DNA of 63,390 nt, filler included, from Sphacelaria rigidula (GCA_964200075.2; 11 parts of 11 records of this genome joined end to end with filler, not necessarily neighbours in it), one strand, 5' to 3'. Shown: positions 36,737 to 50,125, counted from the whole stretch's first letter. Made by a program: numbers and translations. Notes: a model not told the origin generated them from the letters alone.

Positions 36737-38123
36737 ATAACGTAGTATGATATGTTACCTATGTTACGTTATTTGGCTAGGTTGGCGGATATTGTAACAC
36801 GAGAAACATATACTACGACGAGGTCTACTGGTGCTATGTTAGTTAATGGGTAACTTATGTACAGCCCATACTCACCGCTCTAATGACAGTGTAGTATGGT
36901 GTTAGATAAAGAACCCTGACGGCTGTTGTACAATAATATTGTGTTACTCTGTTTTTGTGGAACCCAACACAAAAACATACTAGTACGGTTGGGTTCCACA
37001 AAAACAGGAACACAAAAACACACTCGTACGGGTCGGCTGTACAAAAACACAAACATGAGCACATAGTCCCATCGTTGACGTCCACAAAAACTGGAACATC
37101 AAACACACTCGTACGGTTCGGCTCCACAAAAACACAAACATGATCACATAGTCCCATAGTTGGTCTCCACAAAAACAGGACCACAAAAACACACTCCTAC
37201 TGTTGGGCTCTACAAAAACACAAACACAGTAACTTTGCGGTAGCCGGCGGGTTGGCAGTGACGTACAAGTTGATAACGCTGTGTCCACCCGTTGATCACA
37301 CAGAATGTTACGGAGTCTCGATGATTGGGTACTAAAATATAAGAAATTTCGGACCTCTTGTGCTTTAGGGTCGGATAACGTAGCATTTAACAGAAATTAC
37401 TGTGTCACAGGCCTTGCTGGACCTGAGCCCTAACTCACGCTACTGCAGTTATGAGTGGGCTGCCAATTTGTTCAACAATATGTTGGGTCGATTTTTGTTC
37501 CAGCTGTAAACGGTCAAATTTTTGGCGGTCGATTAACCGCTTGTCGGTTATCCCATATAACACTGTGTTCCTATCTTGAGACCTGACCCGTTGGGCACAT
37601 GAACATTCTACTTTCGTATGGTTGGTAATATATTGTTCGAGATGGTATGATGTTACTCTGTCCCGCCGTTGTCCGTAGGGTATACCAACGTTGTACTAGT
37701 TGAACTGGGTTACTTTGATTACCCCTTATGGTATAGTGCTATTGTTTGTTGAGCCGTTGTCCTTTCGGTATATATGTGGCTTCTTTGATCCATCGCTTGC
37801 CGGCTATCCCATATAACACTGTGTTTTGTGTTCCTGTTTTTGTGGAGACCAACAATAGGGCTATGTGCTCATGGTTGTGTTTTTGTAGCGCCGAACCGTA
37901 CGAGTGTGTTTTCGTGTTACAGCCATGTGCGGACAGCTAGAGTAGGCCAACGTTATCGTACAACTTCCGTGAGGATTCTATTAGAGCGGGCAGTGTCGGC
38001 TGTACCATAATAAGTTACCCAATAACATAGCACCAGCAGACCTCGTCATGGTATATGCTTTTTGTGATGCAATACCCGCCAACCTAGCCAAATCACGTGA
38101 CATAGGATATTCATGCACGTTAT
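36737..38123. mobile_element. ~1.4-kb non-autonomous TIR element with long TIRs and CACAAAAACA subterminal repeats
   Basis: tttggctaggttggcgg..gaggtctactggtgctatgtt versus aacatagcaccagcagacctc..ccgccaacctagccaaa; cacaaaaaca repeats at 36965-37230, inverse at 37820-37910. Confidence 0.8.
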
Positions 38124-38665
38124 TTTCGTTCTGAAAAAAGGCGGGGAAGTATGTAGCATGACTGAATACCGGTATATTACTACTGCTTGCTACAGTCGCT
38201 TCTTATGGCAAACAAAAATTCAAATCTGAAAAAAAAGTCCTTTTGGATCTTCTGCGTCGTTTTACGCTCTGTCATTTTTCTTTTTCTGGGCTATAGACCG
38301 GTCTCCGAGAAAAATCAAGAGTCTCCGAGAAAAATGCGTGTTTCGCCAAAACAATAACTGCGCAAAAGTAGCGCTTTGGCTTGTCGGACCCCGCTGTCAC
38401 ACATATTTCGTTCTTGGACAAGGGATCTGAGAGTTCTCTTCGATTTGTATTTGTGGTGTATTTGTGGTAGCACATGAGCTGTCCGACGTGTGCAAGGTTG
38501 AAAAGGGTAGTAGTTTTTTGCAGATTTGAATTTTTGTCTGCCGTAGGAAGCGCCTAAGAGGAGGGCAATCGTGTAAACAAAACAGCATCCACCCACCCCT
38601 CAGCAATCACAACAGCCAAAATCGACATCGCAGCTCGTGACGCTCAGCAAGTGAGAAACCTCATC

Positions 38666-39137
38666 ATGCCTGGTGATACCAGTAGTGCTGATGCGACGGA
38701 GGCTTCATCACCACCCGCCGCTGCGGGGGCAGCCGCCGCACCCATTATTGTTCCCGACCGCAATGCCGCCGCCTCGGGTAGGAGGAGCGACGACCACGCT
38801 CTGGTGAACACGATAGTATCATCCAGTAGCTACAGTGTGTCTGCAATCCAGGACGCTCAAAAGGCGTTCGAGTGCCTGGAAGGGTACAAGCTGTACGTCA
38901 TCGCCATTAAAGAAAAAAAAGGTCACCCATGTATGCCAATGGGGTGCGCGTGGTAGCTACAGGGAACTGTGATCCCAAGAAACCTATCCCCCACCGGTGG
39001 TACTGCATGGCCAGCAAGAGGTGCCGAGATCGTAAGGCGTGCATCAAAATCAACGCCAAGAACACAACGGCGGCGACGTATCATCTGTCTAGCGTTCACG
39101 AGATCATGTCGAGCAGAGTACAGGACGTCATACAAAA
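38666..39137 (+). pseudogene. hAT-like transposase exon 1 with BED-type zinc finger; frameshift in an A8 run (38913-38920)
   Basis: ATG 38666; RSPMYANGVRV..WYCMASKRC..NTTAATYHLSSVH (Cys pair plus His pair, BED-like); donor AA|GTGAG at 39137/39138. Confidence 0.65.
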
Positions 39138-39452
39138 GTGAGAAATACGGGTACTATCCGTAGCCCATGCCCGTTTTAACTAGGGGAATGGCCTGTTGTT
39201 GGATTAATTTTTGATGCAGTACTATTCCAGGCTTTTTGTTTCATTCAATTTTGTATTTATTGTAAGTTGATATTTGTGTAACGTTATCCAATTTGAATTT
39301 TTACTGTAGGGATCAATTATTTTAGACTGAACATAATTTTGTAATTTCATCGAATTTGATTGCTATTTCCTCTCGTAGATATGCCTGTACAATGATACTG
39401 TTAGTTTAAATTTGTTTCGCTTGATTTTTTATCAAGTGGATTGGCAATGTTA

Positions 39453-39862
39453 GACCAACCCCTGTGCCGTTCAAACGTTTTGCGCTCAACATTTCATTTT
39501 GGGACGTTTGATCCCGTTTTTGACCCCCAAACAGGGAAAATTGCCAACAGGCGTCTTGGACACTTTGCATCACCTCAAGGAGAAGAGTCTAGCCCATTTT
39601 CCCGATCGCTTGACTCCGAGGTTTCGAGATTGACCCCAGGCGAAAAAATGGAGGGACCGTTGATATTTTTTGCCTGGGGCAATTCTCGACACGTCGGAGT
39701 CAAGTGAATCGGAAAAATAGGCTAGAGTCCTCTCCGTGAGGTGATGCAAAGTGTTCAAGACGCCTGTTGGCAATTTTCCCTGTTTGGTGGTCAAAAACTG
39801 GATCAAACGTCTCAAAAGTGGCATTTTGAGCGCAAAACGTTTGAAGGGCATGAGAGTTGATC
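39453..39862. mobile_element. 410-bp foldback MITE with TTA TSD (PIF/Harbinger-like) in the transposase intron; related half copy at ~25000-25150
   Basis: Palindromic around ~39655; tta at 39450-39452 and 39863-39865. Confidence 0.88.
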
Positions 39863-40079
39863 TTAGTTTTTTATACCGTATATTCGCATACTTCGAAGTA
39901 TATTTTTTATATTTCAAATGTAAACAAATGCCATGTTTTTATGTTCATATTAAGGTAGATCATCATCGTATTGTCAGTCAAGTCAGGGCCAACTCGAAGC
40001 AGTTGTTTCAAACGCATGTATTTGAACTGCTGTACCTTGAACTGGTTGAATCATGTGTTTTATTTGATATCTGTCGCAG

Positions 40080-40304
40080 GAGGAAGGACAAAACGACGGC
40101 TTCGGAGGCAGTTCTAGAGAGCAAGCTCTTCAAAGACGACCCCATCAGATACATGGCGTTGATGTACGTGAAGAACCTAGTCGTGGAGCTGAACCTCCCC
40201 TTCTCGGCATTCGACGGCGAAAAGCAACAACTGTGGGTACAGGTGGTTGGCAGCAAGGACGACGCCCACACACCGAGCTTGGGACCGAAGATGGGGTCGA
40301 AACA
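40080..40304 (+). CDS. hAT-like transposase exon 2, truncated by the contig end
   Basis: Acceptor cgcag|G at 40079/40080 is phase-compatible with exon 1; NLVVELNLPFSAFD resembles the hAT LPFS DNA-binding/dimer region. Confidence 0.6.
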
Positions 40305-40567
40305 NNNNNNNNNNNNNNNNNNNNNNNNNNNNNNNNNNNNNNNNNNNNTTAATTAATTAANNNNNNNNNNNNNNNNNNNNNNNNNNNNNNNNNNNNNNNN
40401 NNNNCCCCCCCGAGCTCTCTATGCTCGGCACGATGCCAGTTCGTGCACGGCTATACCGAGGTACGCGGGTTATCACCCTCCATAAACACCACCCCCGGGG
40501 ACCGAAAATGCATCCCCCGGGGTGGTATATAGCGTATTCTACGGTACATGCACACGCACTTACTCAC

Positions 40568-40775
40568 CAGCTGGCGCGCCACGGCGCGGTCGTGGTGATC
40601 CACGCAGCAGTAGCCCATATCCTCCCCAGTCTCGGGGTTCAGAAACGTAGGTTCCACGCACCCAGGAAGACTGCACCGTCTTCCGCCCACGAGATGTCTC
40701 TCGAAACCGGCGTCGGCGCAGGCACTACCGCAGTACCTCAGGTTGACCCCGGTGTTGGGATCTACCCATGCCGGT
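40568..40775 (-). CDS. Internal exon of a Cys/His tandem-repeat (putative zinc-binding) protein
   Basis: tcgcag|A..CTG|gtgagt; encodes PAWVDPNTGVNLRYCGSAC..CSLPGCVEPTFLNPETGEDMGYCCVDHH. Confidence 0.8.
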
Positions 40776-41792
40776 CTGCGATTGAATAGCGGGCGAGGTA
40801 AGTGGGACGGGGCGGTGGATGGGAAGTCACGAATGATACTGCACCCAGTTTGGGGCTGTCACCGTCTCAATAGAGACCCCCAAGACAGGTAGATAATAAT
40901 TTTGAGTTGCTTGATCGGGTTCATGACAGAACAATCACGGAACAGATGAAAAACACAACGATATTTCGTGTGGGACGCGCGCGCGCACAGCACGCGCACA
41001 GAAAGGTTTAGCACTCGTTGAAATGGTGCCGATTCAAAAAAAAAAAATGAAAACTTTTGCATCTGGCCGCCCATAATGAAAAATATCGCTTTGCACCGTG
41101 AAGTAGCAGCAGAAGATGCAGCACCACCGCAGAGACAACAGTGACGAGGGAAGTACCGTTGAGACGATGCGACATGCGTGCAAGATGAAATTTCGAAAAA
41201 AAATCCATCACGAAAATTTCGGTATGTATGTGTAGCCATCATCGCGAAATTTCGGAATTTTGAGATGTATGTGCTGACCCCTCAAGACTACAGACTCGTC
41301 CCGAGGAATGGCAAGGGTCGAAAGTAAGGCGAAAAAGAATGGGGAGGGGGCGTACTCATTTGTGGCTTGCCTTAGTCGTTTGACCATTGACCACGCATCC
41401 CTTGCGAGACGGAAGGGGGAGGAGGTGCACGACATCATCAATGCAGAGAAGCGGGGTCCGAGCATAAACATTTCGAACCAGGCTTCCGAGTGCAAAAAAA
41501 GGGCGCGGCAAGCACAGAGACCAGAACAGCATTCCGAATCCTGGGGCGACTGACGGAAATGAATTCAATCCACTCGAAAAGGGGGTTCAGCGCAAGCGTT
41601 TGTGTGACTGGCCAGGAAATTATGTACAGCACTCACTGCAAAACAGCACACCGTGTGTTGATCGCATGTATGTCGTGTTGCTTTTCACCGTCTTTCCGCA
41701 CCCGACAATAGTTATTTATTCTCGAAAGAAAAACAGCAGCAGAGCATATATTTTGAATTTTGCTCGACTGCAGTCCAGAGACGGTACATCAA

Positions 41793-42288
41793 GGCCAACT
41801 CTAACGGGAGCCGTTCAAAATTCCTGTCGAAAACTGCCTTTGAGGCCCTTCTCCGTCGATTTACGCCCGAAAAGAGGGTTGGGCGGATGTTGACGCCTTG
41901 ATACGACTTGCTCTACTCTTTGAGGCCGTTCTAGGGCAACTTTGGATTTCCCTCTGGGCTGTGACGGCTTAAACCGTCACGGGGCGCACTTTTGTTTCTG
42001 GCCAAATGAGGCCAAACACGCATTTTCAGTAAAGAACGCTCAGGTGTTCAAAATTTCCCCCTGTTTTTTTATCGCTTGACCGTTGTTTGTTAAAATCCGT
42101 GTTTGGCCAAAAATGGAAGTGCGGCCAGCGGAAAATGCAAAGTTGCCCTGGAAAGGCCTCAATGAGTAGAGCAAGTCATCCCAAGGCGTCAACATCCGCC
42201 TAGCCCTCTTCTGAGTTGTAAAACGACAAAGAAGGGCCAAAAGAGCAGTTTTGAACAGGAATTTTGAACGGTTCCATTAGAGTCGGTC
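41793..42288. mobile_element. ~500-bp MITE with ~170-bp TIRs and CAA TSD
   Basis: caa|ggccaactctaacgggagccgttcaaaattcctg ... caggaattttgaacggttccattagagtcggtc|caa. Confidence 0.88.
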
Positions 42289-43429
42289 CAACAAGGAACG
42301 CTTTGCAGATATGCACAGGTAGTTTGCTAGATGACGAAATCGTATTCGGGTCATGCTGATATTGCGGTCAACACGGTCTCTTGGTTGTGGAGCAATCGAG
42401 TGTACCGCGCGGATTTCGCTCGCATATTCTTTTCTTACGCTCGTGTTGCTTCCTGAGCAAACGAACTGAACCCGACCATGACCCAAGCTGCCTCAGGAAA
42501 GTGGGTAAAACACGTCAAAATACAGCACTAACCTGGACTTTTCGGCGCGTTAATGCGAGAATCCGAACGTTGAGAGTGAGTACGCGTCTTCTTCCCAACA
42601 TGTTCAGCTTCATGACGCTATCGTTAATTTCCGCATTTGGAGCAGCACTTTTTCTGTTGGGCAATTGAGTCAAGCGCCATCGAACATCTGCCAAATACCA
42701 TCCATCACTTGGGTTGTTACAGTGTACCGCCACACTAGTCAATTTCCTCATACCGTACAAAAGCCCGTTCCTCCGAGACAGTGGGTTTTTCTTTCTGTTC
42801 TCGATTTGGTTTGTTTTGATATGGAGTGCGACAAAGGTGACCGCATCGACTCACGTCAAACTTTACTTGCTACCCACGTCCCCACGCATCCAACGACTGA
42901 AAAGACAGATACATATTGGGAAAGAAGTAAAAACGACAACCCCCCCCCGATTATTTCGGATAATATATAAGCGGCTTGGTTCGTTTGACGGCACTTCTCC
43001 TACTCGCCCGTTTAATTTATCCTGACCTTCACATCGGAAGCCGTAAGACCTACAAAAAAAAACAAGAACGTGTGTTGTCTTCTGCAAACGCCACGACCGA
43101 CGCACTCAAAAATATTTTCTGGCCATCTTCCACAACAAAATCCCAACCCTTTTTCGTTCCTTGTGATTCACTCGACTCCAGTAAGCCAAAGGAGCGACAG
43201 TGAGTCCTTCAGCTTTCCCTGCGCCACCGACCTAAAATGACACTGATACAACATATCCTGGCGTTCCCACCGCCATATTAGGGGCTGAAACTCGGTTTTA
43301 TCACCATGCTGACCGCCAATCTCCATTTCGAGCGGCCGTTCGTTTCATGTATAATTGATGATCAGGTCGGCATCCTGCGTGCCCTTCTGTCCTGCCCCGA
43401 TGGAGGCGACGAGGGTCAACCCTGCGGGT

Positions 43430-43890
43430 TTTCATGCCTCGCAAACAGGATGGACACCCACAAGATTGGGACGTGAAAATACGAGCTACAGGACCCGCCG
43501 ACGATTTGCACTCTCGGTTCAGTCATCCTCTCCGCGTTTGTCTGATCGCGCACCACCTTGGATTTCTGCGCACCTACGACTCCACATTCAGCTTGTCCAG
43601 CGGCTTCGCAAGCTAAGCCTGGCGTCGCCAGTGTGTAGAGAGCAATATCATGCCCAATCAGATAACGCGGAGGCGGCAGTTTGAACCGAGGCTGCGGACC
43701 GCGACGAGTGCTGCTTGGTAACGAAGGCACAGCGTTCGCCCGTTTCCAGCTGCCTCTACGTCTTGCCTACCGTGTTACTACAATATCACCAAGTCTCCGG
43801 GTCAAACCCTGCCGAAGGTTAAGCTGGATCTTTCGCACTGGTGCTTCTATTCACAGTTCACTCTGCTTCGTTCTCAGTTGCGCATGAAAG
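43430..43890 (+). pseudogene. Decayed PIF1-family (Helitron RepHel-like) helicase C-terminal fragment
   Basis: Across frameshifts: FARFQLPLRLAY..TI / TKSPGQTLPKVKLDLSHWCF / HSSLCFVLS, versus consensus RxQFPLRLAYAxTIxKSQGQTLxKVGxDL..FSHGQLYVALSR. Confidence 0.7.
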
Positions 43891-44244
43891 AGTTAATATG
43901 TAGCGTAGTGAGCACTCCCCGCAATCGTCCCCCAGTATGCATGATCGTTCCACTGCATTTGACCGGCGGAGCCACAATATTTTTCTTCCACGCTGCCGTT
44001 GACTGCGTTCCCTCTCCTTCCCCTTACATCGATGTCTAGGCTATCTTTATCGACCCCGCTGCGCGCCCTCCGACAAAGCATCGATTCCCTCAGCGCAGCT
44101 ACTATTCTCCGTTCCTTTCCTTTCCTGTCCTTCATGTCTTGCTTGCCTCTTGTTCATGCTTAATTTAATGCATTTGTTTTTCTTCACTTTTTTTGCTGTA
44201 TTGTGCCCGTTTCGAGTTTCCTTCAACGAATGCTTTGGCTCCGT

Positions 44245-44300
44245 GTGGACACGGCTGGATCCCGGGTGGACCAGTTGGTGTGCGACAATCAATCAATCCA
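44245..44300 (+). mobile_element. LINE/SINE-type 3' end with (AATC)n tail; also at 58155-58232
   Basis: acggctggatccc..cagtt..gacaatcaatcaatc is shared with the RTE-like end at 61066-61132. Confidence 0.65.
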
Positions 44301-45702
44301 TCGACTACTCAGGTATTAATCGATACACAGTCGGCGGGTGCACAAGCGTGGCGGTGATCATCGACACCCTTGCTACGGACCCACAATCGGAGTCCCAGCC
44401 CTCGCAACCGGAATTGTGATGCCGACGGTGAATCGGTTCGAGCACAAAGGTTAGATAGCCTGCACATGTCCGAGTCGGGATTAAAGGCCTCTGTGCAGAC
44501 GCATAACCACCTCTATATTAGTCATCAGCCCGTTGATATTTTCGAATTTTATCTTTTTTACCTGAGCTTTGCAGCCTGGCTGTTTATGTCTTCATCGGGT
44601 GTAAAAAAGTTGACGGCATTGTCGTTATCTCGCGATCGGGGTTATTTCTTGCGTTGAACCTCTCTCTAAGTGCCTCTAGTGTTCGGGTTTCATCGCTGCT
44701 CTAAGCTACCGCCACGGCGAGATAGTTACGCTGTAGTTTCGATCGCTTTGGCGCCTAGCCATAGCTCTCTAAACGGTCAGTGTGGGTGCAGTCCGCGCCC
44801 CGGTGGTCAAGTGGTAAAGCCGACACCCACCACGTCGGGAAAACGGAGGCCCAGTTCCCGCTGCATGCGTCTAGTTTGTCGAAGTTTCTCCTGCAAAGTA
44901 TTAACCTTCCATCGTTGAAGCCGCGACGATGTGCGTCGCAAAGACAGCTTGTTTGACTGTGAGGTTGTTTGACGAGTGTCGGCGCGGTGCGGGAGTGCTG
45001 ATCCAACCTTCTGTCCCAACATGTAACACGTGTATCTGAGCAGAGATGGGCTGATCCCTTGAGACCACGGACTCGTCCATAGGAAGGGGAGGTGTTAGGA
45101 GTGCGACGAAAAATAAATGTGCATCATGCTGGGTGGTTTCATCTGCTCTTGTGGCTCTTCGGTCTGAACGCATTGTATTCCCCACGTATTTTTGATCCGC
45201 TATAGGTGCTTGGCCTTCGCTCGCCCTCGCGCAACAAGTCATTTGCGTTTTGGTCATGGTTGTGTGGGATATCCATCTTTGCAATATACGTGTCGGCTGC
45301 ACGTGCTACTCCGTGGTGTGTGTCGGCAAAAATCAAGTTTCTTCGGGATCGTTATTACAGTTTAGAATTTCTCGGTCTGCCATAAACTCGGCTGTATTGT
45401 ACTGCGGTACTTCTACTACGTCGTGCCGTTCCGCACCACACCGTCTTCTCTTGGGGGAGGGGGGGGATACTTCAATAAACATGGAACAATAGTTTATCTC
45501 AACAAAACAATTTCCACTGCACGGTCATAGTAGCAAAAACGCATTTCCTGGCCTGAGAACGCTTTCCGATGAGCATTGCGGCGACAGCCGCCGAGACTCC
45601 TGAATTTTCATATATTGATGTAATCAAAGAACAGAACACAGAGTTAACGATTGGCTCGTGGAGTTTTGGTTAACCCCCTCCCCTTCCATACAGATAGAAT
45701 AC

Positions 45703-45785
45703 CTGAAACACTCATCATATTCGCACTCCTGAGGACCGGTGTACAACCCCTGTTCGCGGTGGGAGTGACAGCAGAACTCAGATTC
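45703..45785 (-). CDS. Upstream internal exon of the same Cys/His repeat protein
   Basis: cccag|GAA..TTCAG|gtattc; encodes ESEFCCHSHREQGLYTGPQECEYDECF-R; the phase-2 join to 40775 completes the motif CEYDECFRPAWVDP..YCGSAC. Confidence 0.75.
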
Positions 45786-48189
45786 CTGGGCGTCGAGGGA
45801 AGGGCACGATGACGGCGCGGGGCGGTAATCCAGTAGGTTCATTAATGCATAGATAAGTGGCGAACGAGTCGAGCCGTCCGGCGAATAGTTTTAGTCAACA
45901 GAGTTGCCGAGGGTTGGAAAACTGTATGCCGGTTCAACATCATTTTGTTGGACAACACTGAGTGGCCATCTATTCTTCAGCTGCCAACGGCAGCGGCGCG
46001 GGAGGGGGGGGGGGGGGTCGCATCTTTTTCGAGACGGGGCACCGTTCGGGGAAGGGGGGGGGGGGAGGGGGGGGGCNNNNNNNNNNNNNNNNNNNNNNNN
46101 NNNNNNNNNNNNNNNNNNNNTTAATTAATTAANNNNNNNNNNNNNNNNNNNNNNNNNNNNNNNNNNNNNNNNNNNNCACCGTTGGTTTCTTCAGCACGTC
46201 TCGTACCAACCCCTTCCAGGGGCAAATACCCTGTGTGTGCGATTGCCCAATCACGTACGCCATCAACCTCTCCAACGGACTGGTTCTTTCGGCGTACCCT
46301 GTTATTTGTTTCCCCTCTAGTCTTTTCTTTGTTCTGTGTGTTTTTTTTTTGACAGCTTAATACCGTTGGACTCACGTTAGCTTTCGATGACCGGGTTATG
46401 TGTTGCGTGTCCAACAAGCCCTCTTCTTGAGTACCGTCGCAGATTCTTTGTAATTGTTTGCTGTATCAGTTGTCCCATGTTCGGGGATATTACTTTACTC
46501 TTGGATTATGTTCAGTTCCGTTCCGCGGCTATATTCCGCCCAACACCAGTCCGCCAAAAATGGTTTTGTTTCTCGCAGTCTCGAGGTCGTACATCCGGTC
46601 CGCCGCTTCGGAAATCAGCACGGTGGTTCAATTTTGTTGTAGGGTTATTGCTGGCGAATTATCGCGTTGATGTGCTCGGCGGGAGTTTATCCTTCCGTTT
46701 GTATGCACACCTTCTCGATTTTCTCGTCTGAACGGGCAAGTATCTAACAGCGGACCGCATTGGCCCCTCTTTCTGTATACTTGTCGTGGTTCACCACGAA
46801 GGCATCGGATTGCCCGCCTTGGATTTATCTCCTACGGTTGTGTGTTCTTCGTTGACGCTTTGTGGGACGATACAGGCACCTTTTAAATTCGATGGGCTGC
46901 CTTCATCGTCACGTTGGTGCATCATGTTGCCTCACGGCTGCAAGTTGACTTTGGTTTCCGGTGTCTTCCGCTCAGCGATTTTTTTTCCCGCTTGAGCATT
47001 CAACACCGTTGGGTTCTACTGATGAAAGAAGTGTACGATCGTTTGTGCTTCCCCGATACTGTGAAACGCCTTGGCGGGCTGCTTGAAGAAACTCTCACAA
47101 GGGAACTGGACGTGTATTGAGACAAAATTTCCCCTTTGCATGATAGCAATCAAGCTTGATATCAAGGTTTTGTAGCGGATGGACTACCGGCTTGTTTCTT
47201 CGCTGCTTCAGCTTTTTATGGCGGACTTGTCCTGGATTCCCGGATATTTCGTAGCTTCCGGCGCTGTTTTTTCGAGGATTGTCGATTCTTGGGATTTTCA
47301 CACCCTTCGGATTTTTTTCAATATGTCGTGTCGCCCTCTAAGTCCCCGTCACAGTACTTCCCCCTTGACGTGTTTCACATTTTCTTTTCATTGTGGTATC
47401 TTGTTTTGCTTTTGTTTTTATTATTTTTTATTTTTTGTTTTTGTTTTTATTATTTTTTATTTTATATTTCTGTGGTGTGGGGGAATGGAATGTGTGGGTA
47501 AAGCAACCTCGTTTCACTGCGTTCTCCTGCGATTGCTTTACCTATTGGAGGCTAGTGTGATATGATGTGACTGCAGGACGTAGCCATGATCTTGGACAAA
47601 TGTGACATTGAATGATGGACATTGTCATATTCAAATAGCGGAAAATTGGCTGCCCCTCGGGTTGACGTCCTACGGCGAGCATGTATTTAAATTCGAAAAA
47701 AAAAAGTAGTGACCTAACCATGGCATGTATTGAAGAGCTCGGCTCTTGAATTTTATGGTATGACCTCAGTTTATGATGGTTATGGGGCGGCGAAACACGT
47801 TTGAAGCTGTAAGCAGTTCCAACGAGCGTCACTCTCTTCTCATTTCCGGTTTTTGGCTGCAATTCAACAGTTTCCCCATTGGAGTATCTACAAGTCGCGA
47901 GAAAGTGAGTCCCAGAGATAAGGGCAGTAGTCGGGCTGCTGTTTGGTCTGGTGTGTTTTATTGATCGAGGCTTCTGCTTGTTCGGTTTGTGTTGTATTTC
48001 CCTGTTCTGTAGATGAAGCTTGGATGCAATCCATTGCGTGAAAAACGGTGCTCCTTTCTCTATATTTGCTTGTTGTCTCCTTATGGATGCAACACGAGAA
48101 TGACTGTGGTCAGCCCGCGCTGCTGAGCTGAGTAAAAAAACAACGTACACAGAGGTCTGAACCTGGAATCAATCGTGGTGAACACCATT

Positions 48190-50125
48190 ACACCCTTTTC
48201 AAGGTGCCTCACCCTTATCACATCACATAGGCGCCAGTCTCTGAGGATCATGTCCATCCTGCCTTTATGTGCGTTTCCCTTTCTATCACTTTGTTTACGT
48301 GTGCATCACAAGAACGGTCTTTGAGATCTCTACGCCGAGGGATGTATACTGGTCTACGATCAGCAGTTCCTCTTCTCCCCACTTGTATTTGAACTCTACC
48401 GGATTCTCCTATCTTCGTCACAGACGAGTACCGCGCATTTGTTAACGTTCGCTGTCATTCTCCATTTACTAGTGTATCCTAGCGCCTTGTCTATCTGTTT
48501 CTGTAATCCTCCTGCTGTTGTTCCTGAAATCCCTACAAAAACATCCGCGAACATCAATCTTGATTCCATATCTCAGCCCACCTTAGCCCCTTGCTTTGCT
48601 GCTTCTGTTGCTATTATCAGGTCATGTATGAATGCCTTGAATAGAGTGGGTGATAACGTACATGATAACGTACATGCTTGTGCAACTCTTTGAAAAATAT
48701 CAAAACATTCCGATATTTTACCGCCTAGCATCATTACACTTCTGGCACATTCTGCCATATTTTTCACCATTCTCCACATCTTTCCTCCGACCCCAGCTTC
48801 AACGGTTTCCACGACGCATTTCTCCATACTGTCTCATAAGCCTTTCACACGTCCAGAAAGAAACAGTACTTTGTCAGCCCGGTGTCTTTCCTACCCTGAA
48901 AAATCTTACTTAGTGTGTACACATGGTCTACGCAACTACGGTTTGGTCTAAATCCCGCTTGCCCTTCGCTGATTTTCTCTTCCGTCTCTAGCATCGTTCC
49001 GACTATATCATCCAGGATCTTATAGAATGTTCTCCCTACCGTGGCCAGTAGCCTTATCCCTCTAACATTTCCTTGGTCAGCTTGTCTCCTTTTTTCAGGG
49101 GTTGCCGACTACCCCTTCTCTCCACCTCTTGGGTGTGTACTCGTTTTCCCTTACCCAGTTACACAGCATAACCATCATTCAAATAATGCCCTCTTTCCCG
49201 TACTTGAGAAAATTATTCACCATTTCGTCTGCCCCTACCGCCTCTCTGTTCTCGAGTTTAGCTACGCACTCCTTCACTTTGTCTCTGGTAAACTCTCTCT
49301 GCAATGTATCATCTCGTGTTGACGTCTCTACGTTTTCCTCTGTCCACGCGTTGACATCTATATCTTTCGAGTCCTATGTTCAGCTCCCTGGTTATTTCTT
49401 GTGTTCCTTGTTTATGGTAGTGCTTGACTAGCACTTCTCTCTTCCCCCTCGAACTACTGACCATTTCACCGTTCTGAGCCCAGAATGTGGTTATCCCCTT
49501 GTTCATCTTTCCCGCCTGTTTTCCCGTCATCCCGCTTATCCCTACCCACATTTGTTCCATCACGCATTCGAAATCTTCATTTAATTGTTTACTACAGCTT
49601 TTCATACTCCCTTCTTTTTCTGTTGTACCATCTTTTTTTTTTTCTTTCGAGCTTTAATATACTTCTCCCATCGTGCCGTAGGTTTACTCGATATGGATCT
49701 CGCGTGGGGTGTCTTATGGCCTTTTTCACTTCCTCATACCACCAGTTGACTGCTCTGATGCATACGATCAGTTTCATCCCTATGGCTTTACTCGTTGTGT
49801 TCTTGACCATCTGCTCCCATCCTTCTATGATCTTCGCTCCTGCCCAATTTCTTTCCATTTCGGTATCAATTGTAGTACCTACGCATTCCAATAGCTCGGT
49901 AAATTTCACTGCATTCTTGGTCATCTCTTCTTGGAACTCTTAACGTTTTTCTTCAATATCTAGTTCATCGGTTCTCCATTTGTACCACTTCCTACCCCGC
50001 CTGTTTGTGTTAGCGCTCGCCTGTTGGCTTTCTTTCCATATTAGGTAATGATCTGTGGTTCCCACGTCCACCGGGCATACATGTACTTCCTTTTCATTAC
50101 TATTTTATGCTCCACCACTATATAG
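48190..50125 (-). pseudogene. Decayed non-LTR retrotransposon ORF2 (end of APE endonuclease plus reverse transcriptase)
   Basis: Fragments VDVGTTDHYLIW, EGQAGFRPNRSCVDHVY, YCFFLDV*KAYETVW, VAQACTLS..LSPTLFKAFIHDL, LMFADVFV and KWRMTANVNKC, with many stops and frameshifts. Confidence 0.9.

Noticed and set aside
46177..47330. Possible Gypsy integrase/chromodomain relic (KEPVRWRG on the minus strand)
   Set aside because: Too decayed to support without a profile search
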